The position numbers were made by a program, and so were the translations under genes. Below, piece after piece: positions 1-12,525 of a stretch of 64,000 bases of DNA. The notes beneath the pieces were generated by a model that had not been told where the DNA came from, searched no databases, and worked only from the letters and a program-made list of their open reading frames with translations. Numbering within the stretch: position 1 is the stretch's first letter; each line of letters starts with the position of its first letter. This DNA comes from Callorhinchus milii. Lineage: Eukaryota. Where the stretch lies: NCBI RefSeq assembly GCF_018977255.1, contig NW_024704742.1:61444001-61508000 (forward strand). The letters are read 5' to 3'.

Positions 1-58
1 GCTTTGGGACGTCCTCCCGACGTGAAAAGCGCTATATCAAATGCAAGGATTATTATTA
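1..58 (+). mobile_element. 3' tail of young tRNA-Ala SINE, cut by window edge
   Basis: gctttgggacgtcctcccgacgtgaaaagcgctatatcaaatgcaaggattatta matches the tail of the copies at 9233 and 29631. Confidence 0.85.
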
Positions 59-1049
59 ATATGACCTGCTCATCTTAACTTCCTTGCAGTCAGTTCCAGT
101 GGGATCTGAGAGCTTATTTGCAAGCTGTCTACTCCACCTGGAATACCAGTGGTAAGGCGAGATGCCAGAGGTGAAGGAGGGATGCAAGCTCTTTGAAAAT
201 TTACAACAGAATAATGAATAATTTATCACGATAATGGTTTACATTTCTAATTTTCTCTTCACTGCTGTTCCCCGTTTGGCTCTTCCACTAACATGCCAGA
301 TGGTGACCTTAAGCACAGAATGTTTCTCGATTACAGCACTTTAGCAAAGATTGTTAAGATATATTTTGATGCCTATTAATCTTGTTTTGCCAAATGATTC
401 TAAGATAACACAATTGCAAACTATTACAAATAAAAGTGCTGTGTTTCTTCAGATAGGAGTTGGCACCATGAACTATCCTGTTTTCACACTGATTTTATAT
501 CACTTCATGCAACTAATAAATTTGTGGTGAATTGCTAGTAATTTTCATGCTAATTCTTGTAAAGATCAAAGTTTAAATTGATGTTGAGGGACTAGATTCA
601 GAAGTGAATCAATCAGGAGCCCAACTACTGAGATCACATTTTGGAGATGGTTTTGGCAGCACTTTGATTCACAGCTCTGGAGTATAAATGCCTCAGTGTG
701 AATCAATTATGTCTGCACAAATCATACCTTGAAGGTTCCTGTGCAATCCACTGAACCGTGGTTAATAGTCAAACAGCTGACTCTCTAACAACATGAACAA
801 CTAACTAACATTGCATGTGGGTATCTCTCAAAGTGGGTCTTAGCTTTCCAACAGTGGTCATGACTGAGCAGCTTAAATCAGGTTTCTTTTCCAGCACTGT
901 TAATTGGCATCGCAAATTATTTAGAGTACTGAGGGCAAAATCTGGGAAAGCAATTCATAAATGACATAAAGAAATTTCATAAAGATTGAATAGTAAAATA
1001 AAACTTTATTAGTTGTATGTCACATTTGTAGGGGTGGGGAAGGGGTTTG

Positions 1050-1160
1050 GTCACTCGGATGTCTGACATGTGGAAACCCATTACCAAACCAGACTGAGAG
1101 TTTCAGATAGGTCCACCACCTACACATTGACATTTCCCTGTGTCTGCAATGTGCACTCTC
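1050..1160. mobile_element. Fragment of unclassified inverted-repeat family (terminal arm)
   Basis: tgtggaaacccattacc..aaaccagactgag and cacattgacatttccctgtgtctgcaat match the reverse complement of 61160-61270. Confidence 0.65.
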
Positions 1161-1271
1161 CCTGGAGGAACCCAACCTGTTTACCTGATTCTGGAGAGCA
1201 TTCGGCGCAGAATGGTGAGAGCCAAGACTTAGAGAAATATACTATCTTTATGGTTGGACCACAATATAAAG

Positions 1272-1332
1272 TTTCTTGATTGAATATTTCTTGATTCACA
1301 TGACATAAATCAAGAAACATTCAATCAAGAAA
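1272..1332. repeat. Inverted repeat / hairpin, 25-bp arms with 11-nt spacer
   Basis: tttcttgattgaatatttcttgatt (1272-1296) vs aatcaagaaacattcaatcaagaaa (1308-1332): 24/25 complementary. Confidence 0.9.
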
Positions 1333-2034
1333 AAAATGAAAACACACTATGATTGAAAAAGTGATTAGCTAAACTTGTGCGAATGTTCAGGTGGACACAT
1401 CTTTACAGCCCCATGGTTGGCTACCACTGCATCAGGGGTAAATGCTGGAGTTTAACACTACTAAAAACACATAACTTGCCATTGAGCGCTGTCTGGCAAA
1501 CTTCTTTGCTTTCTATTTTGGTTTGGTATGTCCGATGCAATCCCAATCCAAAACCAATAACACAATTACTATGAATAAAGATCGAGCACAACACTTTTCA
1601 TAATGTAAATTTAAATTTGATAATGTAATTTAGGTTCACTCATGATTAGTTGTCTTCTCTATTTATTGGGAATGTTTAATGGTTACTCTGAACACTGGTG
1701 ACTTAAACAGGATAATTATGGTGACTCATGCAGACGTATTCAAAATTCCTTTAGTCTCTTCTCATGAAATTGATTGTCAAGCACATACAAGATAGTGATT
1801 TACCCAGGCAGCCTTGAGAGTTGAAATAAGTGCTAATTTGCCCTGGGATTTAGTCAATGTTCCACTTATCAGACCCGATGATTTCTAAAAAAAAATTTTA
1901 GATTTGTTGTGTGACAAAGCAGAGAAAACTATCTCAAACTATAGGTTGCAGTGAGAAGCCAATAAATCATAACCACAGTGAAAATATAGAAAGCGTATTC
2001 ACACTTTTCATCTAATGCAAGTGTGATTCATCAT

Positions 2035-2432
2035 TGTATGGTTCAAGCCACACATTGGGACTTTGAACGCACATAGTCCAGGCTGACACTCCAATGAAGT
2101 TCTGGGGGTCAGTTACAACGTTGGAGGCATTGTCCTTCAGATGAAACATTAAATCAAGATCCTGTCTGCCTGTTCAGATGGATATTAAAGATATTAAAGA
2201 TTCCATGATGCTATTCAAAAAAAGAAGGGCGTTTCTTCCATTGTCTCAGCCAAAAATCCCACAAATCAATTTTGCTCATTCACTTCGCCGTTTGTGCAAC
2301 GTTGCTGCGTACAAATTGGTGGCTGTAAAAGCCTACAAATATACAATCACTACACTTTACAGTAAATCTTGTGAAGCGCTTTAAGACATCTGGATAATGC
2401 GATCAGGCACAATATCAAATGTAAGGATTATA
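2035..2432 (+). mobile_element. Deu-domain SINE (SacSINE1/AmnSINE1-like), decayed
   Basis: ggttcaagcc box B, then gtccttcagatgaaacattaaatcaagatcctgtctgcctgttcagatgg..aaagattccatgatgctatt (Deu-like core), ending in an L2-like tail atcaaatgtaaggatta. Confidence 0.75.
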
Positions 2433-2889
2433 TATTTTTTCTAAGTCCAGTTTACTCCTACACCAATCCCTTGATCTGGTTAACTTCTTAATTAAGCATG
2501 AATTGAGACGGGCTGCACTGACATCAGAAATCAAAAGCATTATAATAGTTAATTTATTCCCTAAATATTTTAACAGATGAACGCATTTGAGAATTATGCC
2601 TTATTAGATTCAGCAGGAAATTAGAGTTATGTAGGGCCTTTCACATAAAAGTGAGATCTCAAAAATGCTTCACAGAATGAGATTAACTCAAAACAAGTGA
2701 ATGTTGTTACACAGGTAAGCATGGCAGTCATTTAATGTGAGTAATGTCTTGCATACATCAATCAGATGAGTATTCAGTTTTGTTCACTGGGGTGAATTCA
2801 AATTTGAGGGGAATTCTAATCACTTTGATTCTACAGGTTCTATAGTGATTTGACAACCTCCACTACGTTGCTCTATATTTAGAGGCTTA

Positions 2890-3210
2890 TGATAATATGG
2901 GTGAAAACCAGGTGGGTGGCAGTGCAAAGAGGGGAAAGATGACCAAAAGCTCAGTCAAAGAGGTAATTTTTCAGAGATGCCTTGGACGAGAGAGTGGAGA
3001 GCAAAGGATTGAGGGGCAAGGTGGAGGGTTCCAGAGAGGGGGCAAGGCAGAGGGTTCCAGAGAGAGGGCAAGGCGGAGGTTTCCAGAGTGCTGGGGCTGG
3101 TTGAGTGGAGGTGCCAGGTGGTGGATTGGGGAGTGAGGGCAGGGGATATGTAGCAGGCCGGTATTCGCTGAAGGCGGAGAGGGGAAGAAGAGATACTCTG
3201 GAGGTTCACT
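2890..3210 (-). mobile_element. L2 LINE 3' fragment, decayed
   Basis: gaccaaaagctcagtcaaagaggtaatttt..ttccagagtgctggggc is the reverse complement of the L2 ORF2 C-terminus and 3'UTR seen in other local copies. Confidence 0.55.
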
Positions 3211-3677
3211 TGATTGGTTTCATAGATCAGTAGCTTTTATACACTTTACAACTCACATGTCATCTTGCCTCAGGTCTGGATCATATCTGTGGACTGAATA
3301 TCAATGGTTTATTTGCAGTGGATTAGTTCAGATGCAGTGGATTATTTTGAATCCTAATGTTAGCTGATACTTCCAAGATCACACAGAATCAGACCAGTGT
3401 TTTAGGCTGTCCTTCACTGCACTAAATCAAAGGACTGGATTCTAGGTCTACACACAATAAAGATTAATTCTCTATTTCTTGCTTTAGGTGTACAGCATAT
3501 ATATATTTATAACATATATACTGTATACATATCCTGCTATGAAATTCACCATTTGTCATGGGACCAATCACGAGCCAATAACTGCATATCTTGACTTAAG
3601 TCTAATGATGAGAACATTTTTCAAGGGATTTCTTCCAGTGGATTTTGATGAACACCATTAGACCATGTTAACTCACT

Positions 3678-3803
3678 TCATAGATTCATAGAATTATACA
3701 GCACAGAAGGAGGTCATTCAGCCCATTGTGTCTGCCAGCTCTTTTAAAAGAGCTATCCAAATCAATCCAACTCTCTCACTCTCTCTCCATAGCCCTGCAA
3801 ACC
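3678..3803 (-). mobile_element. CR1 LINE (HER1-like) 3' end
   Basis: catagattcatagaattatacagcacagaaggaggtcattcagccc..ccatagccctgcaaacc is the reverse complement of the CR1 tail with (ATTCTATG)n-type repeat. Confidence 0.75.
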
Positions 3804-4124
3804 AAAGTGCTCCCCAAATAATTAGCTACTTTATTGACATTTTCTTTTAGTCTCAGCATCCTGCACTAACTCTACATCTTAACATCTCAGAAGAGATTAT
3901 TTTCATTTGGACTCTGTAAACTAGTGGCTCTACTGAATCTGCCACTGAATCTGTTATACTCTGATGCACAGTAGGTGTAGATCAACACAAAGCCTCACGA
4001 GAAGTGTTTATACTTTGTGAGCTGCAGCAACTTCCAAAATCTTCTGGTTTTACGTTACCTTCATCTGATCAGAAGATGAGTTCACTTCTTAAACACCAAT
4101 TCTGTTTTGTATTCTGTATTCTAC

Positions 4125-4374
4125 TGTGTGTCCCCTGATCTCTCCGCCTTCAGTTATTACACTGCTAACCTCTGGAACACCTTGCCTCAATCCCTTTGCC
4201 TTAACCCCTCTTTATCTATCTTTAAATCCCACCTTAAAACCTATCTCTTCAATAGTGCCTATGCTCACCGCCTAACTTTCCGTTCTCCCTTGCTAAGCAT
4301 CCGACTCCTCCACTGCGCAGTACTCTGAGATGTTATCATGCTTGAAGGGTGCTGTATAAATCCAAGTTGTTGTA
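4125..4374 (+). mobile_element. L2 LINE 3' end (tail type B)
   Basis: Translates AFSYYTANLWNTLP..FKSHLKTYLF; tail ctctgagatg..gaagggtgctgtataaatccaagttgttg. Confidence 0.8.
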
Positions 4375-6119
4375 TTATATGGTATATACACACTGCTAAA
4401 TTCAACCTAAATGCAGTAAAACATGACATAGTGCACATAATGCTGTTCAAGTACAAGTATATATAGGGTTTTAAAAAATATACTTCGTTTTTTGTCATAG
4501 TCATTGTTTTGTATTTAGCAAATAACCAGTCACAAATCCATCTGATAATTCATATTGGATCAACATGAGAGTTTAAGTTCACAGCCTTTGAGAGCACACA
4601 GATCCCTTGATTAGACGAATAAAGCCAAAGAGAAAAAAATCTTTTTATCTGAAATATCCAAGTACATCCATCTGAAATGTTCTGTTGCCATGGCTACAAT
4701 CATTGATTAGTTAGCTCAGAAGCCTGTTTCACCTGGTGAAGTAATCTCTGCAATCCTGAAATCCTGTGCACTCCATTTTGTTGGATAAAAGACGCTCAGA
4801 GGATTTGCCTGGTTTAATTTGTGTGTGTCGATTGATTGGATTTTGTTTCCATTTTAAGGAACAGCATGAGTGCAAACATTTTTCATGAAAGTAACACTGT
4901 TTTCTGAAGTCTATTTCATACAAAACACTTGCAATCCATGTGCATCTGTCAAGTACTGACTCCAGCAACAGTCACATTCAAAACCCATGACCAGCAGTGG
5001 TGCAGAAAGACATTTCTGTTTTGCACCTGCTGAAGCCTCCAGGGACGACTGAAAGTCACCTCAACCAACAAAGTCCATTGCCAATAAAAATAAGCAGGGA
5101 AGAGAAAGACAATATTGGATCTAGATTTGCGGCATGTCTTAAGCGATTTCTTTGTACAAAATGTGTTGTTTTAAAATTTCACAAGCATCAAACAGGCAGA
5201 AATAATGCTTGCAATAATGTTTCAGATATTCAATAAAAAAATGTCAGGACACAAAATAATAATCCTTGCATTTGATATAGCAACTTATCATGTCGTTGGG
5301 ACATCTCAAAGCTCCTCACAAAATATACTGTAAAGTGGATTGACTGTATTTTGTGGGCAAAACATAATGCCTGAAATTTCATTTAAACTATGTGTTAAAA
5401 TTTACGATCTCTAGTTGTGTGGAAAATTCTTAATTCCAATCTTAATTTGAAAGTGTTTTTGTTTTGTTTTGTTTGCAGTTCTTATTAAAAAAAAGCAGCT
5501 TCCAAATTCAGACCAAATTTAAGACTTCTCAACTCTATGTGATCCTAAATTTTAAGACAGAATGGTCTTACATGCTAAGATATGGTGGGATTATAGGCTT
5601 ACGTGTTTCAGAAATTCAATAATACGGACTTCCGATTATGAAATCTGTTAAGAAATATAACAAATTTGCCCTCTATAAATTTCATTCTGGAAATAAAACA
5701 TTATCATAGCAAAAAGAAAGCAACTTGAGGAGAAACTGGTCTAGGCTGGAGAGTGTTCAAAACTGTATTGTTTTAGCCTCATTGGTATGTACTCAACAAC
5801 AACTTGCATTCATATGATGGTCTTCTTGGACCCCAAGTGGTGGGGTGGTGGGTTTGGACCCCAAGCAAGGGAGAAGGGGAGTGGGTGGTTATCATAGACT
5901 TGGTTGTAGAGGTAGATTTTCAGAACTAATAAATCTATGTTACATTGTTCAATGTCTAGCTGCTCAGTTGACAGCATAGGAAAATGTCCCACAGTTGCAA
6001 CTTATGGAGTGCTTAAATTAAGTGATAACAAAGCGAAGCCAAAGTTTCAGGAAATAAATTGATCAGCATAAGCTACCTGGTGTTAATTGCAGTCGTACCT
6101 CACAATCAAAGAACCATGG

Positions 6120-6315
6120 AAATTTATAGCACAGAACAATGCCATTCAGCCACTGTAACTGTGCTGGCTCTTCAAAAAATCCATTTAGTGTGATTTGCTT
6201 ACCAATTCCCATAGCCCTGCAAATTAGTCCTTTTCTGATAAATTTGATCTCACTGTTAAGCATGCCAAGACGCTACCACCATGAAGGGCACCGTATAAAT
6301 GCAAGATGCTGTTGT
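6120..6315. mobile_element. CR1 3' end (minus) next to an L2 tail fragment (plus)
   Basis: catggaaatttatagcacagaacaatgccattcagccc..catagccctgc, then gttaagcatgccaagacgctaccaccatgaagggcaccgtataaatgcaag. Confidence 0.6.
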
Positions 6316-6854
6316 TATATAAAGTGCTAAGAAAATGGTAAGTTATTTATTTTACTGCATGCTGTGCAAGATTATATCTAGATGTGACTGTTCGGTTGTG
6401 TGATTTTACTCATACAATGGTCAACCTTGGAAGTATACATGCAAATCACATGAATCAGCCTTTGTGCAATGCACGGGATGATTGCTGGAATCTGATCCTT
6501 GGAAAAAGCAAGGAAAGATAAAAAGAGAAGCAAAAGAAAAATCTGTTTCTTGATCAGATTTGACTAAAAAAAATTGTACAAGGTGGGGTGGATTATTCAG
6601 TTTTGTGTGCGATTTCTGACTTTGTGTTTGGTTTATTTAGAATCATTGGGGATTGCCGAAAACATAGAGCTTTAATTACAGGATTCAGCTGCTGGGCATT
6701 GATTCTCAACCTGGAATAATCTTACCACTTTGGACAATCAGACACCACCACTGAAAAATGAGGCATGAATTTAATTTTTAAACAGCAGATGAACTTGGTT
6801 CCCATACGTGTAACAATATTCAACGTTGATTTGTTTAGTTATGTTGATAGCCAG

Positions 6855-7040
6855 TAAGTGCAGCAGTTGGTAAAGATATTGACCAATGAGCCTTACAGAT
6901 CAGGGACTTCAAGCTGTGATGCAATGTGTTCAGTGAAGGGAAAATGCAAGTACAGTTACTGATCCTGTTTGCTGCCGAGCAACCACTCCTGGAAAGTACA
7001 CCTGTGTCAGTGTTGGGAAAGTATTTAATTGGGCTCTGCA
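6855..7040 (+). mobile_element. Ancient SINE relic, AmnSINE2-like (family recalled from memory)
   Basis: gagccttacagatcagg..gggaaaat..gatcctg..ctcctggaaagtacacctgtgt..gggctctgc follows the remembered motif order; similar to 24010-24680. Confidence 0.4.
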
Positions 7041-8454
7041 GTACATAGGTTTGCTGTCTTATGACATTTTACAGGGCTTAATATGCATTTGTCTTTTTTT
7101 CTTTTGGATACAAATACAAGTAAAGAATTATGACTTTATGACATTGAGGTTAAAAATGAAGCTTTGATGGAAGGATGGGAGGTAAGAATTTTGGAAGGAT
7201 GAGATCAAATGGGCTGGAGGTCCTTCTTCATCTAAAACTCTCTTGTGATCTTATGAATAGGCAAATAGGAATGTGTAGGTCTACAAGCCTACATTTGACT
7301 TGAATTATTTAATTGGGCTTCATTGAAGGAATGAAATCCCTTCACAAGCTGGTGCTTCGAATTAACAGAGCTGCTTTGATCATCAAAATGATTTTCTCCT
7401 GCCAACAAGGCCTATTTTACATTGCTAGTCATGTTTTTCAGGCTTTTATTTCTTGACTTACAAGCCTCACCGACCTCCAGAGGAGTTTTTCAAGGAGAGA
7501 TGCAAATATACTAATGTGGCTGCTGATATGGGAAAGCAAACTTTCCTATTAGCAGTGTAAGACCTTTTAAATATTTGACTCTCAGCTGACAAATCAGTGA
7601 GGGCATCTCATGTGTTGACATGACGCTCTCAAAGAAAATGTAATGCTGTATCTGCTTTGCCTTTTTGTTAATATGTTATATAAAAAGAGAGAGAAAAGGA
7701 AAACAACTGGATTTAACATTGGTCATTGGTGACCACAGCACTATACTGCAAAGAATGCAAACTAAGTATTGCAAAGCTAATGCTTTTAGTGCACGGAATG
7801 TTAACACATTCAAAACTCAAGGGATTCGGCTGACATCCTCTGCTATTTCTATTACATTAATATTCATACACAACAGGTGGGTACTACATTATTCGTGCAT
7901 GTGAGGTTTTGTAGAGTACATTCCAGTATAATATTTATGCATTTTATGTGGATTACAGTTTGCTTAATGATAATTTTACTCTGGGTAATGTGCATCTATA
8001 AAACAGCCGATTAGTTGCTGAGCAGGGATAATTACTCGTTAGATTTTCGGTTTATAACAGATGGCTTTTGTATGAGTATTTATTACTCTACTTTTTCTCC
8101 AGATTCTAAAAGTTACAAATGGAAAAACTCTTCACTGTGTTACACTGTGTTGTCTGAGGCCGTGTGGACACCCTCCACCACCCCCTCCCCCACCACCTCC
8201 TCAGTATGATGTAACTTTTTGTATCAGACAACTTTGTTATTACACAAAACACAAAATTGGATTTAAACCAACAGCTGCATTAACTGTCATACTACCCCAA
8301 CAAATCAAAAGTCTGTAAATGCCTACACATCAAAAAGTCAGCTGACAAATGTCAGTAATTTCCATTCACAAGATGGCAACAAAGCTTCGGTTGAAGAAGA
8401 CCTTTCAGCCCATTTGATCTCATTCTTACAAAAATATCAATATTATAAAAATAT

Positions 8455-8638
8455 AATGTTTTAGGAGAGAACTGGATAGGTATCTGGGGAAGACGGGTTT
8501 GCAGGGGCTATGGGGAGAAAGCTGGTGATTGGGGTTAGTGAAAGTGACTTGCTCTGTCAAAGAGCCGGCACAGACTCGATGGGCCGAATGGCCTCCTTCT
8601 GTGCCATAACATTCTATGAATCTATGAATCTATGAATC
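8455..8638 (+). mobile_element. CR1 LINE (HER1-like) 3' end, relatively young
   Basis: FRRELDRYL-type ORF end; gagccggcacagactcgatgggccgaatggcctccttctgtgc followed by (tctatgaa)x3. Confidence 0.85.
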
Positions 8639-8944
8639 ACACAGTCTCTACTCTTTACATTGTAAATATAACAACAACTTGCACTTATATAGCGCCCTCC
8701 ACACAGGGTAGCCATCTGCGCTCGAGCATCCGGGTTTGTGTTTTGAGTGAGTGAGGATGACTGCTGTTACCAGGGGGAGCAGGTGGGTTTGGGAACATCC
8801 CTGGATTTCAGGGGAGACACGGAATTGAAGGTACATCCTGTAAAGTGCTTTGAGACATCCTCCTTAAGTGAAAAATACTATAACAAATGAAAGGATTACA
8901 ACAACAACAAGATTACATTTGTATAGCGCCTTTCACGTTATTAT

Positions 8945-9170
8945 TATCCATCCTGCCATGACAACATCAAGATGTTTCTTGAATGAGTTCAGCATTCTGG
9001 CCTTCTATTCTGAAATTGTCTTTTGAAACCTTGAACCTGTGCCCTCTTGTTCAGCTGCTTTGTTGTATCTGAAAGTTTGTTCTTTGGTTACTTTCTCAGT
9101 CCACTTTAAAATCTTATATACCTCTATAAGATCTCATATGACATGTCTCTTTTCAAGGATGAAAGCTTAT
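8945..9170 (-). mobile_element. CR1 ORF2 C-terminal fragment
   Basis: ccttgaacctgtgccctcttgttc..tttaaaatcttatatacctctataagatctc corresponds on the minus strand to DLIEVYKIL..TRGHRFK. Confidence 0.6.
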
Positions 9171-9232
9171 CTAATTGTTGTTTATTCCTCTAGTATGCTC
9201 CTCCTGCTTATTCCAGTATTGTCAAATGCTTT

Positions 9233-9551
9233 GGAGTCCTGTAGCTCAGTGGTAAGAGCACTCGCTTTGCAAGCGAGAGACCTGAGTTCAATTCCAGGCA
9301 GGGCGAAACCTTGGGCAAGTTTCCTCACTCCACACGCCTAATAATAATCCCTCCAAAACCCAAAACAATAATAAATTGGTCATTTTCAATCTACGACTGT
9401 TTGTGGGACATTGCTGTGCGCAATTGGCTGCCGCGTTCGCCCACAAACATACAGTCAATTCACTTTACAGTGTGTTCTGTGAAGCGCTTTGGGATGTCCT
9501 CCCGACGTGAAAGGCGCTATATCAAATGCAAGGATTATTATTAATTATTAT
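9233..9551 (+). mobile_element. Young full-length tRNA-Ala-derived SINE (short subfamily, L2-type tail)
   Basis: Box A tagctcagtgg, anticodon arm ctcgc-tttgcaa-gcgag (TGC), box B gagttcaattcc, tail hairpin and (TTA)n. Near-identical to 16374-16697 and 29631-29954. Appears inserted into an L2 tail (aaatgcttt|..|tttagtatgtcctcccga). Confidence 0.92.
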
Positions 9552-9995
9552 TTAGTATGTCCTCCCGATGTGAAAGGCTCTATATAAATGTAAATGGTAT
9601 TGGATTGTAAATTGTAATGGGTGCACAATAGTAATTCTTTTAAGAACTAAAGAAATTTGATTTCAAAGTTAAGACTGAATTCAACAATTTAACAATTTCT
9701 AGATACTCTGAAAAGCTACACAACTAGAGTGAATCTCAACCCCGGTGGAATTTCTCCCTATGGAAGCCTAGACAGGATACTCAATTACAGAGACATGACA
9801 CAGTTCAATTGTTTACTTAACAGTGATAGTAGGAATCTGGAATCCAGGATGACAGAAATTGGAGAGTTATTAAACAGTTGTTTTACATCTGCCTTTAATT
9901 AATTAAATAAGTGAATGCCATTTATTTGATATATATTTAATTGGGAGAGTAATTAGTTCCTTACAGTTTATTAATTGGCATTCCAATCCAGGCTA

Positions 9996-10052
9996 TGTGT
10001 GTCAGCCTGACTCAATTGGCAGCACTCTCATTTCTGAGTCAGAAGGTTGTGC
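9996..10052 (+). mobile_element. tRNA-derived head of Deu-SINE
   Basis: gtgtcagcctgactcaattggcagcactctcatttctgagtcagaaggttgtg. Confidence 0.65.
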
Positions 10053-10109
10053 GTGAAAGTTTAAGTACTCTGAGATACTCCCCTCAGAAAGGGTGCTATA
10101 TAAATGCAA

Positions 10110-10714
10110 CAACAACAAAATTACATTTAAGGAGCACCTTTCACGTCGGGAGTACGTTCCAAGGCGCTGGACAGTCAGGGGTCAGGACCCGAGCATGGGG
10201 TAGAGGTGGTGTAGGGGTGAGGGAAGGCAGAGAGGTGGGAAGGAGACCGAAGGCACGGTCAAAGAGGAGGCCAAAGCCCGCTGACAGAGGAAGCGGGCAG
10301 GTTGGCAGGCAGTCAGCAGGTCAGAGAGGTAGGAGGGGGCAAGGCCATGAACGGCCTTGAAAGTGAGGACGTGGATCTTGAACTCGATCCTCTGGTGATG
10401 GGGAGGCAGTGGAGTTGGGTGAGGGTGAAAGTGATGGGGCCACAGAGTTTTGGATGATCTGCAGCTTGTGAAGGAAAGAGTTGGGAAGGTCGATGAGGAG
10501 AGAGTTTCCATAATCAAGCCTTGATGTGACGAATGCGTGGGTAAGGGTTTCGGCAGCCTGAGGGGTAAGGCAGTGGCGGAGTCTGGCAATGTTGTGGAGG
10601 TTGTGGTAGGCAGTGCCGGTCATGGCATGGATATGGGGGAGAAAGGACAATTCAGGGTCAAACAAGACACGCAGGTTCCTGACTGACTTAGTGAGGTTGA
10701 GGCTTAGTGAGGTA
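10110..10714 (-). mobile_element. 5'-truncated L2 LINE (tail type A), inserted into the tail of another L2; TSD gcaa
   Basis: Translates [37 protein letters not shown]. gcaa at 10106-10109 and 10715-10718 restores the host tail tataaatgcaa|gttgttgttg. Confidence 0.88.
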
Positions 10715-10739
10715 GCAAGTTGTTGTTGGTGTCGGTTCA

Positions 10740-11765
10740 GGCCTCCATTTCATCTCGTCAAATGGTTTCCTCATGCCCCCTCCCGGTCACCTGCAGGGTA
10801 CCTCAGGGCTTCATCCTTGAGCCCCTTCTTTTCCTTATCTATGTGCTCCCTCTGGGCGATATCATCCACAGACATGGGGTAAACTTGCACATGTATGCAG
10901 ATGACACACAAATCTACTTTGCCTCCTCCAGTACCAACTCCAGGGCCACCGATGCTTGTCTGGCAGACACCAGGGCCTGGATGAGTGTAAACTTCCTGCA
11001 GTTGAATATGGACGAGACGGAAGCCACACTTCTTGGGTTCCGTCAATGTCTTCACTCCTGCGGATCTATTCTCCTCAACCTCCCTGGGCTCTCCCTCAGA
11101 TTCACCAAACTAGGCATCTGGTTCAATCCCCAGCTGTCCTTCCTCTCCCACATCCATTTCCTGACCAGGACTGCTTTCTTCCAACTCGGCTACATTGTCC
11201 ACCTCCATCTGTACCTTACCTTAAATGCAGCCGAACCCTCGTGCATGCGTTTGTCACCTCCCGCCTGGATTATTCAAATACAATCTTTGCTGGTCTCCCC
11301 AGCTTCACCATTCAAAAAATCTAGCTCATTCAAAATCCTGCTACCCACATGCTGAACTGGACCAAACTCCATACTCCCATATCATCAGTTCTGGCCAGGC
11401 TTCACTGGCTTCGCCTCACCAAACAGATTGACTTCAAGATCCTCCCACTCATGTTCAAATTGCTTCACTCCCTGGCACCTCCCTACCTCTCCAACCTCCT
11501 CACTCCCCAATCCACCATCCAGGGCCTCTGCTGAACTAGCAATGGCCTCCTGCTTGTCCCTCACAACCTCCACCTCCTCAATGGAGGTCGCGCTTTCAGG
11601 CACTACACCCCGAAAAAATTTCAAATCTCATTTTAAGACTTTCCTTTTCGATCATGCTTATGGTCACCCCTGCCCCCAGCTTGGAGTCAGACTCCACCAC
11701 TGTTAAGCACTCTGAGACACTGCCCTGCATGCAGGGTGCTATATAAGTGCAAGTTGTTGTTGTTG
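10740..11765 (+). mobile_element. 5'-truncated L2 LINE with RT fragment (tail type B), frameshifted
   Basis: [25 protein letters not shown] (RT YADD motif), [12 protein letters not shown]; tail ..gcagggtgctatataagtgcaagttgttgttg. Confidence 0.9.
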
Positions 11766-12269
11766 CAACACTGCAGCCTTAACTTCATTTATCACGAATG
11801 TACCTTCTGATAAGGAGGTGTGAAGGACATTGGAAGAACATATTTTGGTTAGTATCTGACAATTGAACATCTGGTAGTCTGAACACTGCCTGTAAACATA
11901 TCCCACAGCATCAGGCCTATGAGCTTTAATCACAGGGTGCGTTGAATAGTCTGGGCTTCACAATAACCAATAATCAACCAGGTATAAAAATAAAGAGATA
12001 GGTTAAGATCAATATGCAGATTCAATGACTCCCCGCTGCCTGCTGCTCTGCCAGGAACAGGTAATATTGATCAATACTTAAATTCTCTGATAACAGTTTT
12101 GTATCTTGAGGTAATGGGTCATTCCTCTTTATAGAATTATTGATTATAGAACTATAATAAAGGAAACAATTGTTTAATATCCAAATTGCACATATTATTT
12201 CATCATTGAATAAAAGTAGTTTTTTTACAAAATGTTAAGCCGAAGTCCCATTTTGCCTGTCCAGAAGAA

Positions 12270-12525
12270 AAATATTCTCCGCTCCACCAATGGCTGCCAT
12301 GCTTTCAGCCACACCTTGAAACTCTGGAATGCTCAGCCTCAACTCCTTCATCTTGCCTTCCTCCTTGCTGTCTTCAGATCACATCTGAAGCCTTTCCTCT
12401 TCGACCTTGACGATGGTCACCTCTCTTCTCTCCCTTGCTCTGCATTAAGTTCCAGCTCTGTGAAGCAATCTGAGATGCTACCCTGCATGCAGGGTACTAT
12501 TTAAATGCAATTTTTTTTGTTGTTC
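12270..12525 (+). mobile_element. L2 LINE 3' end (type B)
   Basis: AFSHTLKLWNAQP..FRSHLKPFLFD; tail gagatgctaccctgcatgcagggtac. Confidence 0.75.

Noticed and set aside
280..380. Coding exon after ctaac..ccag acceptor
   Set aside because: The frames I checked close within ~30 codons, with no convincing donor and no recognisable protein
9233..9312. tRNA-Ala(TGC/CGC) genes at SINE heads
   Set aside because: T-stem mismatched in young copies, no oligo-T terminator, and always fused to a SINE body and tail
9311..9544. Recurrent ~77-106-aa ORF (..DCLWDIAVRNWLPR..RYIKCKDYY) as a small gene family
   Set aside because: It recurs only because SINE copies are near-identical; starts are non-ATG and older copies are disrupted
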